Below are positions 63,703 through 64,000 of a stretch of 64,000 nucleotides of DNA, piece after piece. The stretch is from Marsupella aquatica. Its lineage: Eukaryota; Plantae; Marchantiophyta. The DNA lies in contig OZ316897.1 in assembly GCA_973895155.1 (NCBI GenBank), forward strand, positions 22,543,455-22,607,454, read 5' to 3'. The notes under the pieces are model-generated. The model ran no database searches. It was not told where the DNA came from and saw nothing but the letters and a program-made list of their open reading frames with translations. Both the position numbers and the translations under genes were made by a program. Position 1 is the first letter of the stretch. Each line of letters begins with the position of its first letter.

Positions 63703-63981
63703 ATGATTGGCAAAATGGGTGAGAAATACAATCCAAAGAGCAAGGAGTCTCCGGCATCATGGAAGGCGCTGCATCGGAAGCTACCGAGGTCGTTGAGCGC
63801 ATTTCAGATAATTATTCTGGCTGGGTTTCTGTCATTGCTGATTATGAGGAGCACCATCGGGATAGCCAGAGTAAAATTTTCAGGCCAGTACACGACTGTC
63901 GCGGACGACGAGTATGCGAACGACGAACAGAGCAGGCTGGACGAGGACGCAGACGGTGAGCCCAAGCGAAATCTGGTCCAG
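63703..63981 (+). CDS. First coding exon of a GT34-family (xyloglucan xylosyltransferase/galactomannan galactosyltransferase-like) type II membrane glycosyltransferase; gene continues beyond the window
   Basis: The frame is not in the ORF track because it runs off the end. It reads MIGKMGEKY...LPRSLSAFQIIILAGFLSLLIMRSTIGIA..., matching the XXT signal-anchor pattern (KITILCGFVTILVLRGTIG). Donor CAG|GTAAGC at 63981/63982. Confidence 0.7.
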
Positions 63982-64000
63982 GTAAGCAATTATTTTTGCG

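Overview
Eukaryotic, intron-containing plant genomic DNA, most likely from a non-seed land plant (inferred from a CRE-type LINE and the gene style). The left ~24 kb is a decayed, TE-like gene island. It holds co-oriented pseudogenes for an F-box-like protein, a large spliced protein (ParB/Srx-like domain, degenerate N6/N4-DNA-methyltransferase-like domain, E/K/R helical repeat, Ulp1/SENP protease) and an FCP1-like HAD phosphatase, plus a second F-box-like unit. Each unit carries its own family of repeated palindromes. Two diverged solo-LTR-like elements and two 8-bp-TSD MITEs are inserted in it. The middle holds two tandem 6-exon NPF (NRT1/PTR) transporter genes; both have an ATG-only first coding exon and lack the ExxER proton-coupling motif. 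The right part is a nest of TEs (CRE-like RLE non-LTR retrotransposon, Helitron-like repeat, hAT-like MITEs, long inverted arms). The window ends in the first coding exon of a GT34 (XXT-like) glycosyltransferase. All domain calls are by-eye motif recognition, not database searches.
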